A stretch of 64,000 bases of DNA from Pseudomonadota bacterium (GCA_039025235.1 JBCCOS010000003.1:72659-136658), one strand, 5' to 3'; shown: positions 10,173-18,712, numbered from the stretch's first letter. The notes: a model not told the origin generated them from the letters alone. Numbers and translations: made by a program.

Positions 10173-10727
10173 TTATGAATCAATTTCTTCGGTATTTAAG
10201 TCGGTCTGCTGTTGTTGCGCTTTCGCAGCCTTGAGACTGTCGCGAATAAGCGCATCCGCCAGGGTCAGTTTTGCATCGGCCACCCACGCATAGGGGATCA
10301 GCGCTGTGTCGTCTTCGCCTTCAATATCAAGGCGAATATTATCGTCTTCAACACCGGCAAGAACGCCTTGAAACCTTTTTCTGCCTTCAACCAGACGATC
10401 GAGTTCAAGCTTTGCGGCATAGCCTTGCCAATCATGGAAGTCTTTAAATCGCGTCAGTGGACGATCGATCCCAGGTGACGAGACCTCCAGGTCGTACGCA
10501 CCCTCAATCGGGTCGTTCTGTTCAAGTAAGGCAGAGAGTGCGCGGGAAAGCGACGCACAGTCCTCTGCGGTCATTGTTTTATCGGGACGTTCTGCCATCA
10601 CTTGAAGTGTTTTCTTTTTCGCCCCCGTTATTCGTACACGCACAAGTTCAAACCCTTCGGCGTCAACCGTAGGATTGATGAGATCGACAAGGCGACTATT
10701 CATTATTGTGCCGTTTTTTTGTGACAC
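10173..10727 (-). CDS. rimP: ribosome maturation factor RimP
   Basis: GFELVRVRITG...LEVSSPGIDRPLTR motif. Directly upstream of nusA. The start is GTG at 10727; an ATG 8 codons downstream is an alternative. Confidence 0.9.
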   Translation of the reverse strand: MSQKNGTIMNSRLVDLINPTVDAEGFELVRVRITGAKKKTLQVMAERPDKTMTAEDCASLSRALSALLEQNDPIEGAYDLEVSSPGIDRPLTRFKDFHDWQGYAAKLELDRLVEGRKRFQGVLAGVEDDNIRLDIEGEDDTALIPYAWVADAKLTLADALIRDSLKAAKAQQQQTDLNTEEIDS

Positions 10728-10800
10728 TCAAAACTTTCTGCCGTTTTTTGGGACGGACTTTTCAAACGTGTCGCTTTTTTAATTACCCAAAATTTGAGAA

Positions 10801-10828
10801 TAAAAAAACGGGCCCTTGCGAGGCCCGT
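10801..10828 (-). terminator. intrinsic terminator downstream of the GT2 operon
   Basis: Minus strand reads ACGGGCC-TCGCAAG-GGCCCGT followed by TTTTTTTA. Separates the GT2 operon from the rimP promoter region. Confidence 0.7.
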
Positions 10829-11021
10829 CGCCATTCGACAACGATTTTCTTTGTAAATAGGGCTTCAAATTAGATTTGTCACTAGTAAATTGCTCAAAAA
10901 TCGCTTGAGCACCTCGCTTCTTTTTGAGTTTTGCCAATTTGACGTCGAAATGCTTGGAGAATGACAAAGCGGCGTGCCTATTGCTTTTTTCTCTATTGGG
11001 TGAGTGCGGTGCGTCAGTTTT

Positions 11022-12206
11022 CTAGCTGAGACTTTTGGAAATTCCTTTACGCATTTCTTGGCGTTCAACCGACAGACCCTTGAGCTGGAAGTGCTTTAGC
11101 AATTCGCAGATGTGAAAAATGCCGCGGCCAAGCTGCCATCCGATATTTGCAAAAAGCGGCCCGAACGGCCCCAGCCTTTTTCGGAAGTATCGTTCTCTTG
11201 ATGCTTGAAAATGCTCGGCTGGGCTTTTTTCTGCTCGTGCCGCTGCACCGTGCAATGGAGCCAAATCCTTGTTGTCTGGAGAACAGACTTGTTTGGTTTT
11301 ATTGGTTGTTTTCTCAAAAGCCGTTGGTTTTTTCATTAGGAACGGGGATTTGTTCCTTAAGGAAAGAGCAGCAACGCTGACGGTTGCTGAAGGATCGCAA
11401 AGAACAGTGAACCCTTTTTTGCGCACCGTGCGGCAATAGTCAGCGTCTTCGAAATACATATAATATTGTTCATCCAAAGGCCCGGCTGCTGTGATGGCTT
11501 TTCGGCGAATAAGAGCACAAGCGAACCGAACCCAATTGGCCCGTGTGGCGCGTTTTCCGATTGCCTTGGCGGCTGATAGGGCTGGAATTTGTGCCGCTTC
11601 AGCAAACTCACTCATCGGCGACAGTCCATGGAAGGCAAAAGCGTTCGATGCGTCACTCTTTTGGTTCTGCTGTCTCGTGCCTTGGTCGGATGGTCTTTCT
11701 GAATTGCGGGCTGCGATGCGCGCGCCAATGACACCGGCTTTGGGATTTGCTTTGGCCGTGCGTAGCAATTGGTTGAGGGTACCGGGGTGGACCTCGGCGC
11801 CAGTTGCCACAATCATGTTGAATGGCGCATCGAAAAAAGAGAGACCATAGTTAATGCCGCCCGCAAAACCTCTGTTTGTAGCTGATCGGATCAAACTCAC
11901 CCGCAATTTCCAGCTAGCGCCCTCGCCATAGGCGTCACTCAGATATCGTGCGATTTCTTCCGCCGATCCATCGTTTGAGTGATTATCGACGATAACGATG
12001 CGGGCGTTGGCGCGTTCGAGTTGTGGACCGAGCGATTCAAGGCTTCGTTTTAAATGTGCCGGCGCTCGATGATGAACAAGCACGACACCGACGAACGCTT
12101 TGACCATTGGCCCAAGAGAGAGGCCCTCATGTTCAATGCTCTGTCCCAGTTGGGCACGGTTTTGCCGTGCCGCTTCAATGAGGGGTGTTAATTTCATTGA
12201 CTTCAT
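11022..12206 (-). CDS. family 2 glycosyltransferase
   Basis: VGVVLVHHRAP...IVIVDNHSNDGS...NRGFAGGINYG...ALIRRKAI...DEQYYMYFEDADYC are GT-A/GT2 hallmarks. The C-terminal ~26 codons run through a repeat fragment. Confidence 0.8.
   Translation of the reverse strand: MKSMKLTPLIEAARQNRAQLGQSIEHEGLSLGPMVKAFVGVVLVHHRAPAHLKRSLESLGPQLERANARIVIVDNHSNDGSAEEIARYLSDAYGEGASWKLRVSLIRSATNRGFAGGINYGLSFFDAPFNMIVATGAEVHPGTLNQLLRTAKANPKAGVIGARIAARNSERPSDQGTRQQNQKSDASNAFAFHGLSPMSEFAEAAQIPALSAAKAIGKRATRANWVRFACALIRRKAITAAGPLDEQYYMYFEDADYCRTVRKKGFTVLCDPSATVSVAALSLRNKSPFLMKKPTAFEKTTNKTKQVCSPDNKDLAPLHGAAARAEKSPAEHFQASRERYFRKRLGPFGPLFANIGWQLGRGIFHICELLKHFQLKGLSVERQEMRKGISKSLS
11047..11099 (+). repeat. diverged fragment of the Family B tail module, inside the 3' end of the GT2 ORF
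   Basis: ctttacgcatttcttggcgttcaaccgacagacccttgagctggaagtgcttt compared with the family tail TTTTACGCATTTCCTTAACGCCAACCGCACACGCTTGGCCTGGAAATGCTTT. Confidence 0.4.
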
Positions 12207-12401
12207 CTACTCATATGATGACGACGTTGATTGTCCTTTTACACTGGCTTTCGCGCTTTTTTCTTCAGCAACCGCCGTCCTTTTTTCGCGGGGCCTCGGT
12301 TTGACCAAACTGACAACCATTCGGACAATTTGGACCTTAGATTTCAACCAGCGATTTTTGTGACCCAAGTCCCATCTACGAAATAGCGCACTGCCAGTCA
12401 T
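12207..12401 (-). CDS. hypothetical 64-aa basic protein
   Basis: Its ATG overlaps the stop of the upstream hydrolase (ATGA). Its TAG abuts the ATG of the GT2 gene (TAGATG). No recognisable family. Confidence 0.35.
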   Translation of the reverse strand: MTGSALFRRWDLGHKNRWLKSKVQIVRMVVSLVKPRPREKRTAVAEEKSAKASVKGQSTSSSYE

Positions 12402-13915
12402 CGTCGATGCAAGTTCAAGGCCTCTTGTCCGAAGGAAGAATCGGGTGGCCGTTCCGATGACCTGCTGTCCGATGAGTGGAGGCTTTCGCTTGCTGGGTTC
12501 GAGGGCAGCAATGGATGGCTTGCCTGGATCCCTTCTGGCTGGTGAGGCAGGGCAAAATGCGCATCAAGAAAAGAGAGAAAAGCAGGCCAATCCTCTTCGG
12601 TGACGCCATGGGTGCCAGGGCGTATCCAAAACGCAATGTCATCGTTCGGTCTAAAATCGTTGAGCCTCTTGCTCGTCAATCCAGCCATACCGTGAATTTC
12701 AAAGGCAGGATTAGCGCCACGCGCCGCCCGAAAGGCGCCATTGGGGTCTGACCAGACGTCACGCCTAGCATTACCGAGGAAAACCGGGCGCGGCGCCACC
12801 AAGGCCAAAAGGATGTGTTGATCGACAGAAAGGTCCTCTTCGCGGCCGGCAAACGCTGCATAAGCTGGCGCAAACCAGTGTGGGTAGTTCTTGGTAATCG
12901 ATTTGATGCTCTCGCCTTTTTTACGTCGATTGAGCGATGCACCGCCGGTGCCGGATTGGTGCGCAATAACGCCGCGAATGCGATCATCACGCACGGCGGC
13001 CAAGAGGGCTGCCTTGCCGTACCGCGAATGACCCCAGGCGATGAAACCGTTTTGATCCAATGACGCCTCGGCTTCCAGAGCATCAATGGCCATCGAATAA
13101 ACCAATGCCCAAGCGGCAATGGCGCCCCACCGTGTGCGCGGATTATCATGGCCCAAGGCTAGGCGTTTTAGTTCTGCAAGACCGGCGCCATCATTATCGG
13201 GAACGACATCGAGCCCCTGAAACGTAGCGATGGCGTAGCCTGCATCAAGAATCATTTCGATGGGCGGCGTACAGATATAGCGCCCAAAGAAATACGTCGC
13301 GACTTTGGAAAACGGCCCGTTAAAGTCCTCTGCACCGTCGGGCCTTGCAACATCTGGGTGGGGCAGCGCTGCCCAGCGGGGACAAAAAGTCTCCATGAGG
13401 ATAACGGGTGCTGGGGTTTTTCTTTGCTTTGGCGTGACGAGCGTCATGTGAAAGCCGCCTTCGTCTGATGCATCGCGCAGAGGAATAGTCTTGTCGCCGA
13501 AACGCACAGACCCCTTAAGCCGAAACTGGACGACGAGGCCTTTATCGTTGAATGCCGCTTCATCGAGCAGCTGGCGTTCTTCGACAGCTGTCGTGTGTTC
13601 AACCGGCGCAACACCATAAACCTGTTCGGCGAAGGCCGTGCGATAGGCTGGGGCCATGTCCGTTCGCCAGTCGTCTAAGGTGGGCCGACCGTCCAAAAAG
13701 AGGGCTGGTGTGGCCACGGGGCCTTTTCCGTCAAGATCGGCCCATGCGATCGTGAGTTCGGTGCAGCCAAGCAAACCAACGCTGGCAAGCATGCTACTGG
13801 CGGCGATCATCCACAAACGGGCCACCCTAGTGACAGTGTTCGCTCTATCAAACGAGCTTTCGTTATTCAGAGTAATCTCCGGCGTTTCGTGACTGGGTTT
13901 CGCCTTAAATTCCAA
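12398..13915 (-). CDS. alpha/beta hydrolase, glucuronoyl-esterase (CE15)-like; possible lipoprotein
   Basis: WGHSRYGKAALLAA...HQSGTGGASL...DQHILLALVAPRP resembles, from memory, the CE15 pattern GCSRxGKGAL...ESGxGG...DHHxLAALIAPR. An internal start at 13810 gives MIAASSMLASVGLLGC, which is lipobox-like. Confidence 0.55.
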   Translation of the reverse strand: MEFKAKPSHETPEITLNNESSFDRANTVTRVARLWMIAASSMLASVGLLGCTELTIAWADLDGKGPVATPALFLDGRPTLDDWRTDMAPAYRTAFAEQVYGVAPVEHTTAVEERQLLDEAAFNDKGLVVQFRLKGSVRFGDKTIPLRDASDEGGFHMTLVTPKQRKTPAPVILMETFCPRWAALPHPDVARPDGAEDFNGPFSKVATYFFGRYICTPPIEMILDAGYAIATFQGLDVVPDNDGAGLAELKRLALGHDNPRTRWGAIAAWALVYSMAIDALEAEASLDQNGFIAWGHSRYGKAALLAAVRDDRIRGVIAHQSGTGGASLNRRKKGESIKSITKNYPHWFAPAYAAFAGREEDLSVDQHILLALVAPRPVFLGNARRDVWSDPNGAFRAARGANPAFEIHGMAGLTSKRLNDFRPNDDIAFWIRPGTHGVTEEDWPAFLSFLDAHFALPHQPEGIQASHPLLPSNPASESLHSSDSRSSERPPDSSFGQEALNLHRR

Positions 13916-14321
13916 AACCTATTCCCGTTTCTATGGTTTGCCGCCCGTCGCTTGTCATATGTTCTTCTGTCCTCGGGTTGTCGATTTTCGGTTAAGGAAC
14001 AGAGGTTCCTTTTGCTGAGCACGGGCGCGGTGAAGCGATTGTTGATCCTTGCTGATTGAGTTTAGCCCGAAGAATTAGCGTTCGAAATACGCTCCACCAT
14101 TGATACGTCTCGTCTCGTCGTGTCGGTTTTGATGTCTTCACGCCCTCCTTCCCTTCCTTGGCAATCCTTTGAGGCGTATGATCCAATATTGACTCTGATC
14201 AATTGTTACCCTTGATCGTCTGTTCAGCGTGTTAGCCAAAACCCGCGGTGTGTGGTTTGTTCCGCCAGATCTATTATCCAACCCTATCAATCCGAAACAT
14301 GACACAACGGAGACCTCTTCC

Positions 14322-14531
14322 ATGGCAAACGTCTATTCCATTTCCAAAATTGTCGGCACATCCACCAAGTCGATCGAAGACGCGATTGATAATGCGGTGA
14401 CAACCGCCTCACAGTCGATCAAGAATCTTGATTGGTTCGAAGTCGTCGAAACACGCGGCTATATCGACAATAACAAAGTCGCCTATTATCAAGTTTCATT
14501 AGAATTGGGCTTTCGCTATCAAAAAGATTAG
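14322..14531 (+). CDS. dodecin family flavin-binding protein
   Basis: MANVYSISKIVGTSTKSIEDAIDNAVTTASQSIKNLDWFEVVETRGYIDNNKVAYYQVSLELGF. Size and sequence are typical of dodecin. ATG at 14322. Confidence 0.85.
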   Translation: MANVYSISKIVGTSTKSIEDAIDNAVTTASQSIKNLDWFEVVETRGYIDNNKVAYYQVSLELGFRYQKD

Positions 14532-14699
14532 GTCGTACGAAAAAAACTTGGCCATGACGGGGTTCCACTTTTCTGGTCTTTCCCCGCTTTCGTTCGTCCC
14601 GTCCCGATGCCGCTGTTTTCCAGCCCGATCGATTTTAAGCCCAATAGGCTCAGAGTAAGAATTCGACAATGCCATCATCTTTAAGTTTGTAGGATCAAA

Positions 14700-15293
14700 A
14701 TGACTGACAAAATCATCAATGACGAAGCGCTTGATATTATCTTTCGTGAAGCTCGTACGCGTAATGGTTGGGAAGACCGGCCCGTGTCCCAGGCGCTGAT
14801 CGAAGCCGTTTATGAGTTGATGAAATGGGGGCCAACCTCTGCAAATTGTTCCCCTGCGAGAATGGTTTTTGTCACCTCTGAAGAAGGGAAGGAGAAGTTG
14901 AAACCGTGCCTTCTTGAAGGGAATGTTGAGAAAACGATGTCCGCGCCCGCTTGCGTCATTATTGGCCATGATATGGCATTTTATGAACGCCTCCCGGCAC
15001 TTTTTCCGCACACAGATGCAAAGAGCTGGTTTGTGGGCAATGATGCGCTTATCGAGGAAACAGCCTTTCGCAATGGGACCTTGCAAGGGGCTTATTTGAT
15101 GGTCGCCGCCCGGGCTTTGGGGCTTGATTGTGGGCCGATGTCGGGCTTCGACAAAGAAGGCGTGGACAAAGCGTTCTTTGCCGGGACGCAAGTGAAAAGT
15201 AATTTCCTTTGCAATATTGGATATGGTACGGATAAGGATCTTTTTCCGCGTAGCCCACGACTCGACTTCAAAGATGCTTGCCAGATTGTGTGA
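14700..15293 (+). CDS. nitroreductase-fold protein, RutE (malonic semialdehyde reductase) family
   Basis: ARTRNGW...[17 protein letters not shown]...[16 protein letters not shown]...NFLCNIGYG...FPRSPRL is near full-length RutE-like. Confidence 0.85.
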   Translation: MTDKIINDEALDIIFREARTRNGWEDRPVSQALIEAVYELMKWGPTSANCSPARMVFVTSEEGKEKLKPCLLEGNVEKTMSAPACVIIGHDMAFYERLPALFPHTDAKSWFVGNDALIEETAFRNGTLQGAYLMVAARALGLDCGPMSGFDKEGVDKAFFAGTQVKSNFLCNIGYGTDKDLFPRSPRLDFKDACQIV

Positions 15294-15328
15294 CGTTTCC
15301 GGACTTGTTGCGCACCTTGTTTTTTGCA

Positions 15329-16252
15329 TCATCGCTCGCTCTTGGGGGAGCCCTCAAGGACGAGCGATTGAAAACGCTCCCATGGGAAGTGTTCGCCGGG
15401 GTCCGTCCGTCGCTTGGGATCAAGGCGGGCATGGCTCACCACATGCTTTAGGTTAGGGTATTTTGCCCAGGCATAACGCACGATGGCCGCTGTTGCTTCG
15501 ATTTGCCAATCAGAAAAATGATCGGGCCCAGCCTTTAGAACATTTTGGGCGTTTACAATTTCAATGCCAAGCGAGCGTCCATTCAGCCGTTTCGCGCCGT
15601 TACAGACGGCGGGGTGTGAACAATTGTTACGCACATGCCATGCGGCGCGACGCTCCGGCGCCGTGGCCCAAACATGGTTTTCATGCGCTGCTTCATTCTC
15701 GTCGGGCACAAGCCAATGATAGCTCGCCCGGCCCTCTTGCATGACTGAAAATGCCCCAAGGGTTGAGGACCCCGCTGTAGCGTGAACGACAATAACGTCG
15801 ACCGCGCTGAGAGTAGGGGGAGTGGCATCGCTATTTTGGTGCGTTTTGAGCAAATGCGAGACGGTTTTTCCGGTATGACCCGTATAACTTGAACCATGGT
15901 AGGGGCTTGGTCGATCTGATGTGCAGTGGACCCAAGGGGGCTTACCATTGGCCGTGCGCGCGATTGCCTGAGGCAACCATTTTTCATTTAAAGACTGTTC
16001 CAATGGGCGTTGTTCTGGGGGCAAATCGAACTGAAAATCCCGGGGGTCCCGTATCAGAGCCGGTCGCATTCCAACAGCATCGGAACGCGGCTCTAAGTCT
16101 TCGTTTTGTGGCGCCGGTGCTGCATTGGGCTTATCTTTACCCAATGGGCCTCTACTCGATGGGCCCCTACCCGATGGGCCCCGCCACCAAGCGCCAGGTC
16201 TTACGATAAAGTTTGTAACGTCGGTAAAAATCGAGGGTTTCTTGATAGCCAT
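15329..16252 (-). CDS. N-acetylmuramoyl-L-alanine amidase (Amidase_2 / AmpD-like domain)
   Basis: C-terminal VIVVHATAGSS...HWLV...AWHV...SLGIEIVN...VSHARLDP..RTDPGEHFPW. The ATG at 16252 is preferred. The track start (TTG 16453) would read through a 14-bp-period repeat. Confidence 0.75.
   Translation of the reverse strand: MAIKKPSIFTDVTNFIVRPGAWWRGPSGRGPSSRGPLGKDKPNAAPAPQNEDLEPRSDAVGMRPALIRDPRDFQFDLPPEQRPLEQSLNEKWLPQAIARTANGKPPWVHCTSDRPSPYHGSSYTGHTGKTVSHLLKTHQNSDATPPTLSAVDVIVVHATAGSSTLGAFSVMQEGRASYHWLVPDENEAAHENHVWATAPERRAAWHVRNNCSHPAVCNGAKRLNGRSLGIEIVNAQNVLKAGPDHFSDWQIEATAAIVRYAWAKYPNLKHVVSHARLDPKRRTDPGEHFPWERFQSLVLEGSPKSER
16141..16185. repeat. 15-bp x3 in-frame tandem repeat in the amidase N-terminal region
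   Basis: ccaatgggcctctac / tcgatgggcccctac / ccgatgggccccgcc. Encodes GPSGRGPSSRGPLG. Confidence 0.85.
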
Positions 16253-16313
16253 AGGAGCGCTGATCCATTCTCCCCCACCTGTTTTAAATATCCGCTCTTT
16301 GAGTGCCCTCCCG

Positions 16314-16369
16314 CCCAGTAAATGCCTCCCAGTAAATGCCTCCCAGTAAATGCCCGCCCCATAAATGTT
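16314..16369. repeat. 14-bp tandem repeat (3 good units plus 1 degenerate) between the amidase and tsaB genes
   Basis: cccagtaaatgcct x2, then cccagtaaatgccc, then gccccataaatgtt. Confidence 0.9.
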
Positions 16370-16482
16370 CGCTCTATGAGGACCCGTCTCCTTAGAAATT
16401 GACCTTTTAATGATCGCCGGTGGCTCTTGTGCCTTCAGTTTGTTTCTTGCCAACTGGCTTACAGCGGTTCACATCTTGCACC

Positions 16483-17271
16483 ATGATCGTGCTTGCTATC
16501 GATACGGCCCTAAAGGCTTGTTCCGTCGCCATCTTAAGGGATGGCGAGGGGGTGTTCGATAAATTCGACTTATTGGAAAAAGGTCACGCGGAAATTCTCC
16601 CCTTGATGGTGGCGCGTGGTTTGGACGCTGCGGCCGTTAGGCCAGACCAAATCGATCGGATTGCGGTGACGATCGGTCCGGGTGGATTTACCGGCGTGCG
16701 GGTGGGCCTCGCGTTTGCGCGCGGCTTTGCTGTGGGTCGAGGACCAACTGCTACCCCCAGCCCGCTTTCGGATAAAGGGAGCACTGGAGATCGTCGGCAA
16801 CCGCAGACACCAATCATCGGCATTGATACCCTAACAGGGCTTTTCCATAGCTTTTCAAACCGCGAAAATGATTTGCCAACGGCCGTTATTGCCGATGCGC
16901 GGCGTGGCGAAGTGTTCGGCGCATTATTTGATGAACGCGGGGAGACCTTGTTGAAGCCTTTTGCTGCACCGCCAGAGACGGTGAGCGCTCAGCTGGTGCA
17001 CTCACTGAATGGCCGCCGGGCAAATCTCATCGATCCCGATGGGTTTTTCTCAGATCGATTTTCCCCTGATGATTCTTACAAAGAAACGTCATCAGTGAAT
17101 GACAACTGGCAACGCCTCCCGAGCAAGCCGGGCGTTATGCCCTTAATCCTGGCGGCGCTTGGGGCGGACAAAAATCCAGCCGATTATCCGCCAACGCCGC
17201 TCTATTTGCGCTCACCCGACGCAAAGCCTGCCAAAGCGACCGCCCTTGATCTATTCTCTGGTTTAACCTGA
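16483..17271 (+). CDS. tsaB: tRNA t6A biosynthesis protein TsaB
   Basis: MIVLAIDTALKACSVAI...GHAEILPLMV...IAVTIGPGGFTGVRVGLAFARGFA. Followed by rimI as in most bacteria. Confidence 0.9.
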   Translation: MIVLAIDTALKACSVAILRDGEGVFDKFDLLEKGHAEILPLMVARGLDAAAVRPDQIDRIAVTIGPGGFTGVRVGLAFARGFAVGRGPTATPSPLSDKGSTGDRRQPQTPIIGIDTLTGLFHSFSNRENDLPTAVIADARRGEVFGALFDERGETLLKPFAAPPETVSAQLVHSLNGRRANLIDPDGFFSDRFSPDDSYKETSSVNDNWQRLPSKPGVMPLILAALGADKNPADYPPTPLYLRSPDAKPAKATALDLFSGLT

Positions 17272-17288
17272 TCCTTAGGGGAGCCAAT

Positions 17289-17891
17289 ATGAGTTCTATG
17301 CTGATCGTTTTGCCTTTAACGATCGACGATGCGCCTGAACTAGAGGCGCTGGAGGCGAGCGTGTTCGGTGATGGAAGTTGGGGGCATGGCGGGGTTTCCG
17401 GGTCGCTAATTATGCCGGGTGTGAGGGGGTGTAAGGCTGGTTTCGTCGATCGGCCCATTCACGAAACGACGGACCCTATCCAACAAAAAGCGGCGATGGA
17501 GAGATATTTGGGTAGAAACGATGTGACCGACAGGCGAATGGCGATTCTCGGTTTTGGTCTTTATCGCTTTGTCACCGGTGTCGGTGGTGACAAGTGCACT
17601 TCAAATCTTGGCGCGAATGAAAATTGGGGGGAAGGCGAAATTTTGACAATCGCCGTTTCCAATAATCACAGACGACAAGGGATTGGACGAGCGATATTAG
17701 AATTCCTTTTAGACGACGCTTTAGCGGAGAAAATCGGTGTTATGCACCTTGAAGTCGCTGAACATAACCGTGCGGCGCGCGCCCTTTATTCAAAGGCTGG
17801 TTTTTCAAGGGTCGGTGAACGTAAGAAATATTATCGAGATGGATCAGATGCCATTGCTATGAGTTGCGTTTCGCTCGCAAAAAAAGAGTGA
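17289..17891 (+). CDS. rimI: ribosomal-protein-alanine N-acetyltransferase RimI (GNAT) with a large internal insert
   Basis: C-terminal GNAT core ILTIAVSNNHRRQGIGRAILEFLL...LEVAEHNRAARALYSKAGFSRVGERKKYY. Position after tsaB. Confidence 0.8.
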   Translation: MSSMLIVLPLTIDDAPELEALEASVFGDGSWGHGGVSGSLIMPGVRGCKAGFVDRPIHETTDPIQQKAAMERYLGRNDVTDRRMAILGFGLYRFVTGVGGDKCTSNLGANENWGEGEILTIAVSNNHRRQGIGRAILEFLLDDALAEKIGVMHLEVAEHNRAARALYSKAGFSRVGERKKYYRDGSDAIAMSCVSLAKKE

Positions 17892-17895
17892 GCCC

Positions 17896-18006
17896 TTAAA
17901 AGCGCCTTCGTTTCAATGAGAATCGGCACGTCGCTTTGAGTTTTTGTTTTACGCAATTCCTAACGTCCAACCGCACAGACTTTTCCTGGAAATGCTTGTA
18001 AAGCGC
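17896..18006 (+). repeat. Family B modular repeat, copy B1 (diverged)
   Basis: TTAAAAGCGCC-ttcgtttcaatgagaatcggcac-GTCGCTTTGAG hairpin module followed by the tail TTTTACGCAATTCCTAACGTCCAACCGCACAGAC...GGAAATGCTTGTAAAGCG. Confidence 0.8.
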
Positions 18007-18183
18007 GTTAGCGTTTGTTTCAAAACGGGTTATGGTGCAACGTCAAATTCGATAACGTTATAATAAGTCGATAATTCGGGTTGCGAGCACGGTAGCGGTT
18101 GTGATTAAAGACCACTTTGAGGTGCGTCTTAGGATGCGCCTTCGCCAATATTATTATTTAGTGCCGCTATTTAGTCGCTATGA

Positions 18184-18690
18184 ATGAGGTCATTAATGGA
18201 TCGATTGGAGAAGATCTGCGTTTCTAAAGGTATGCGAATGACGGAGCAACGGCGTGTGATCGCGCGCGTGTTATCCATTGCAGAAGATCATCCAGACGTA
18301 GAGGAGATCCATCGACGTGCAAATGAGATTGATTCTCGGATCTCAATCGCAACAGTATACAGAACAATGCGTCTCTTCGAAGAGGCCGGTGTTGTTGAGC
18401 GACATGACTTCAATGATGGACGGGCGCGCTATGAAGAAGCCACTGAGGTTCATCACGATCATCTCATTGATTTGCGCTCCGGTCAGGTGATTGAGTTCGT
18501 AAACGAAGAGATCGAACGCCTTCAGGAACGGATTGCCCGTGATCTAGGGTATAAACTTATGGAGCATCGGCTTGAGCTTTACGGTGTCCCGCTCAATGAC
18601 GAAGAGAAGAAGAACGTCGAAGTTTCAGGGACGACAATCAGAGCGGATTCAAGTGGGAGTTCTTCTGGCAAAAGTTCTTCTGGCGAATAA
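18184..18690 (+). CDS. fur: Fur family transcriptional regulator
   Basis: RMTEQRRVIARVL...ISIATVYRTMRLFEEAGVV...HHDHLIDLRSGQVIEF. Conserved tsaB-rimI-fur neighbourhood of alphaproteobacteria. Ser/Gly-rich C-terminal tail. Confidence 0.85.
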   Translation: MRSLMDRLEKICVSKGMRMTEQRRVIARVLSIAEDHPDVEEIHRRANEIDSRISIATVYRTMRLFEEAGVVERHDFNDGRARYEEATEVHHDHLIDLRSGQVIEFVNEEIERLQERIARDLGYKLMEHRLELYGVPLNDEEKKNVEVSGTTIRADSSGSSSGKSSSGE

Positions 18691-18712
18691 AAGGTCGTCT
18701 GGCGAATAAATG
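18658..18712. repeat. imperfect short duplications spanning the fur 3' end and stop codon
   Basis: agttcttctggc occurs twice, then tctggcgaataaa occurs twice. The TAA stop is duplicated 19 bp downstream. Confidence 0.7.

Noticed and set aside
14499-15332. 277-aa minus-strand ORF
   Set aside because: It completely overlaps the plus-strand RutE-family gene, which has strong full-length family motifs. The minus-strand product has no recognisable features.
16141-16369. CRISPR array as an interpretation of the tandem repeats here and elsewhere
   Set aside because: The units are 12-18 bp and directly abut one another with no unique spacers. There are at most four copies and no cas genes, so these are slippage-type minisatellites.
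16420-16482. Longer tsaB start (track start 16420), and the long amidase start at 16453
   Set aside because: The extra N-terminal residues are not TsaB-like, and the conserved protein begins at MIVLAIDT (16483). The long amidase form needs a TTG start and reads through a 14-bp-period repeat, producing non-repetitive junk peptide.
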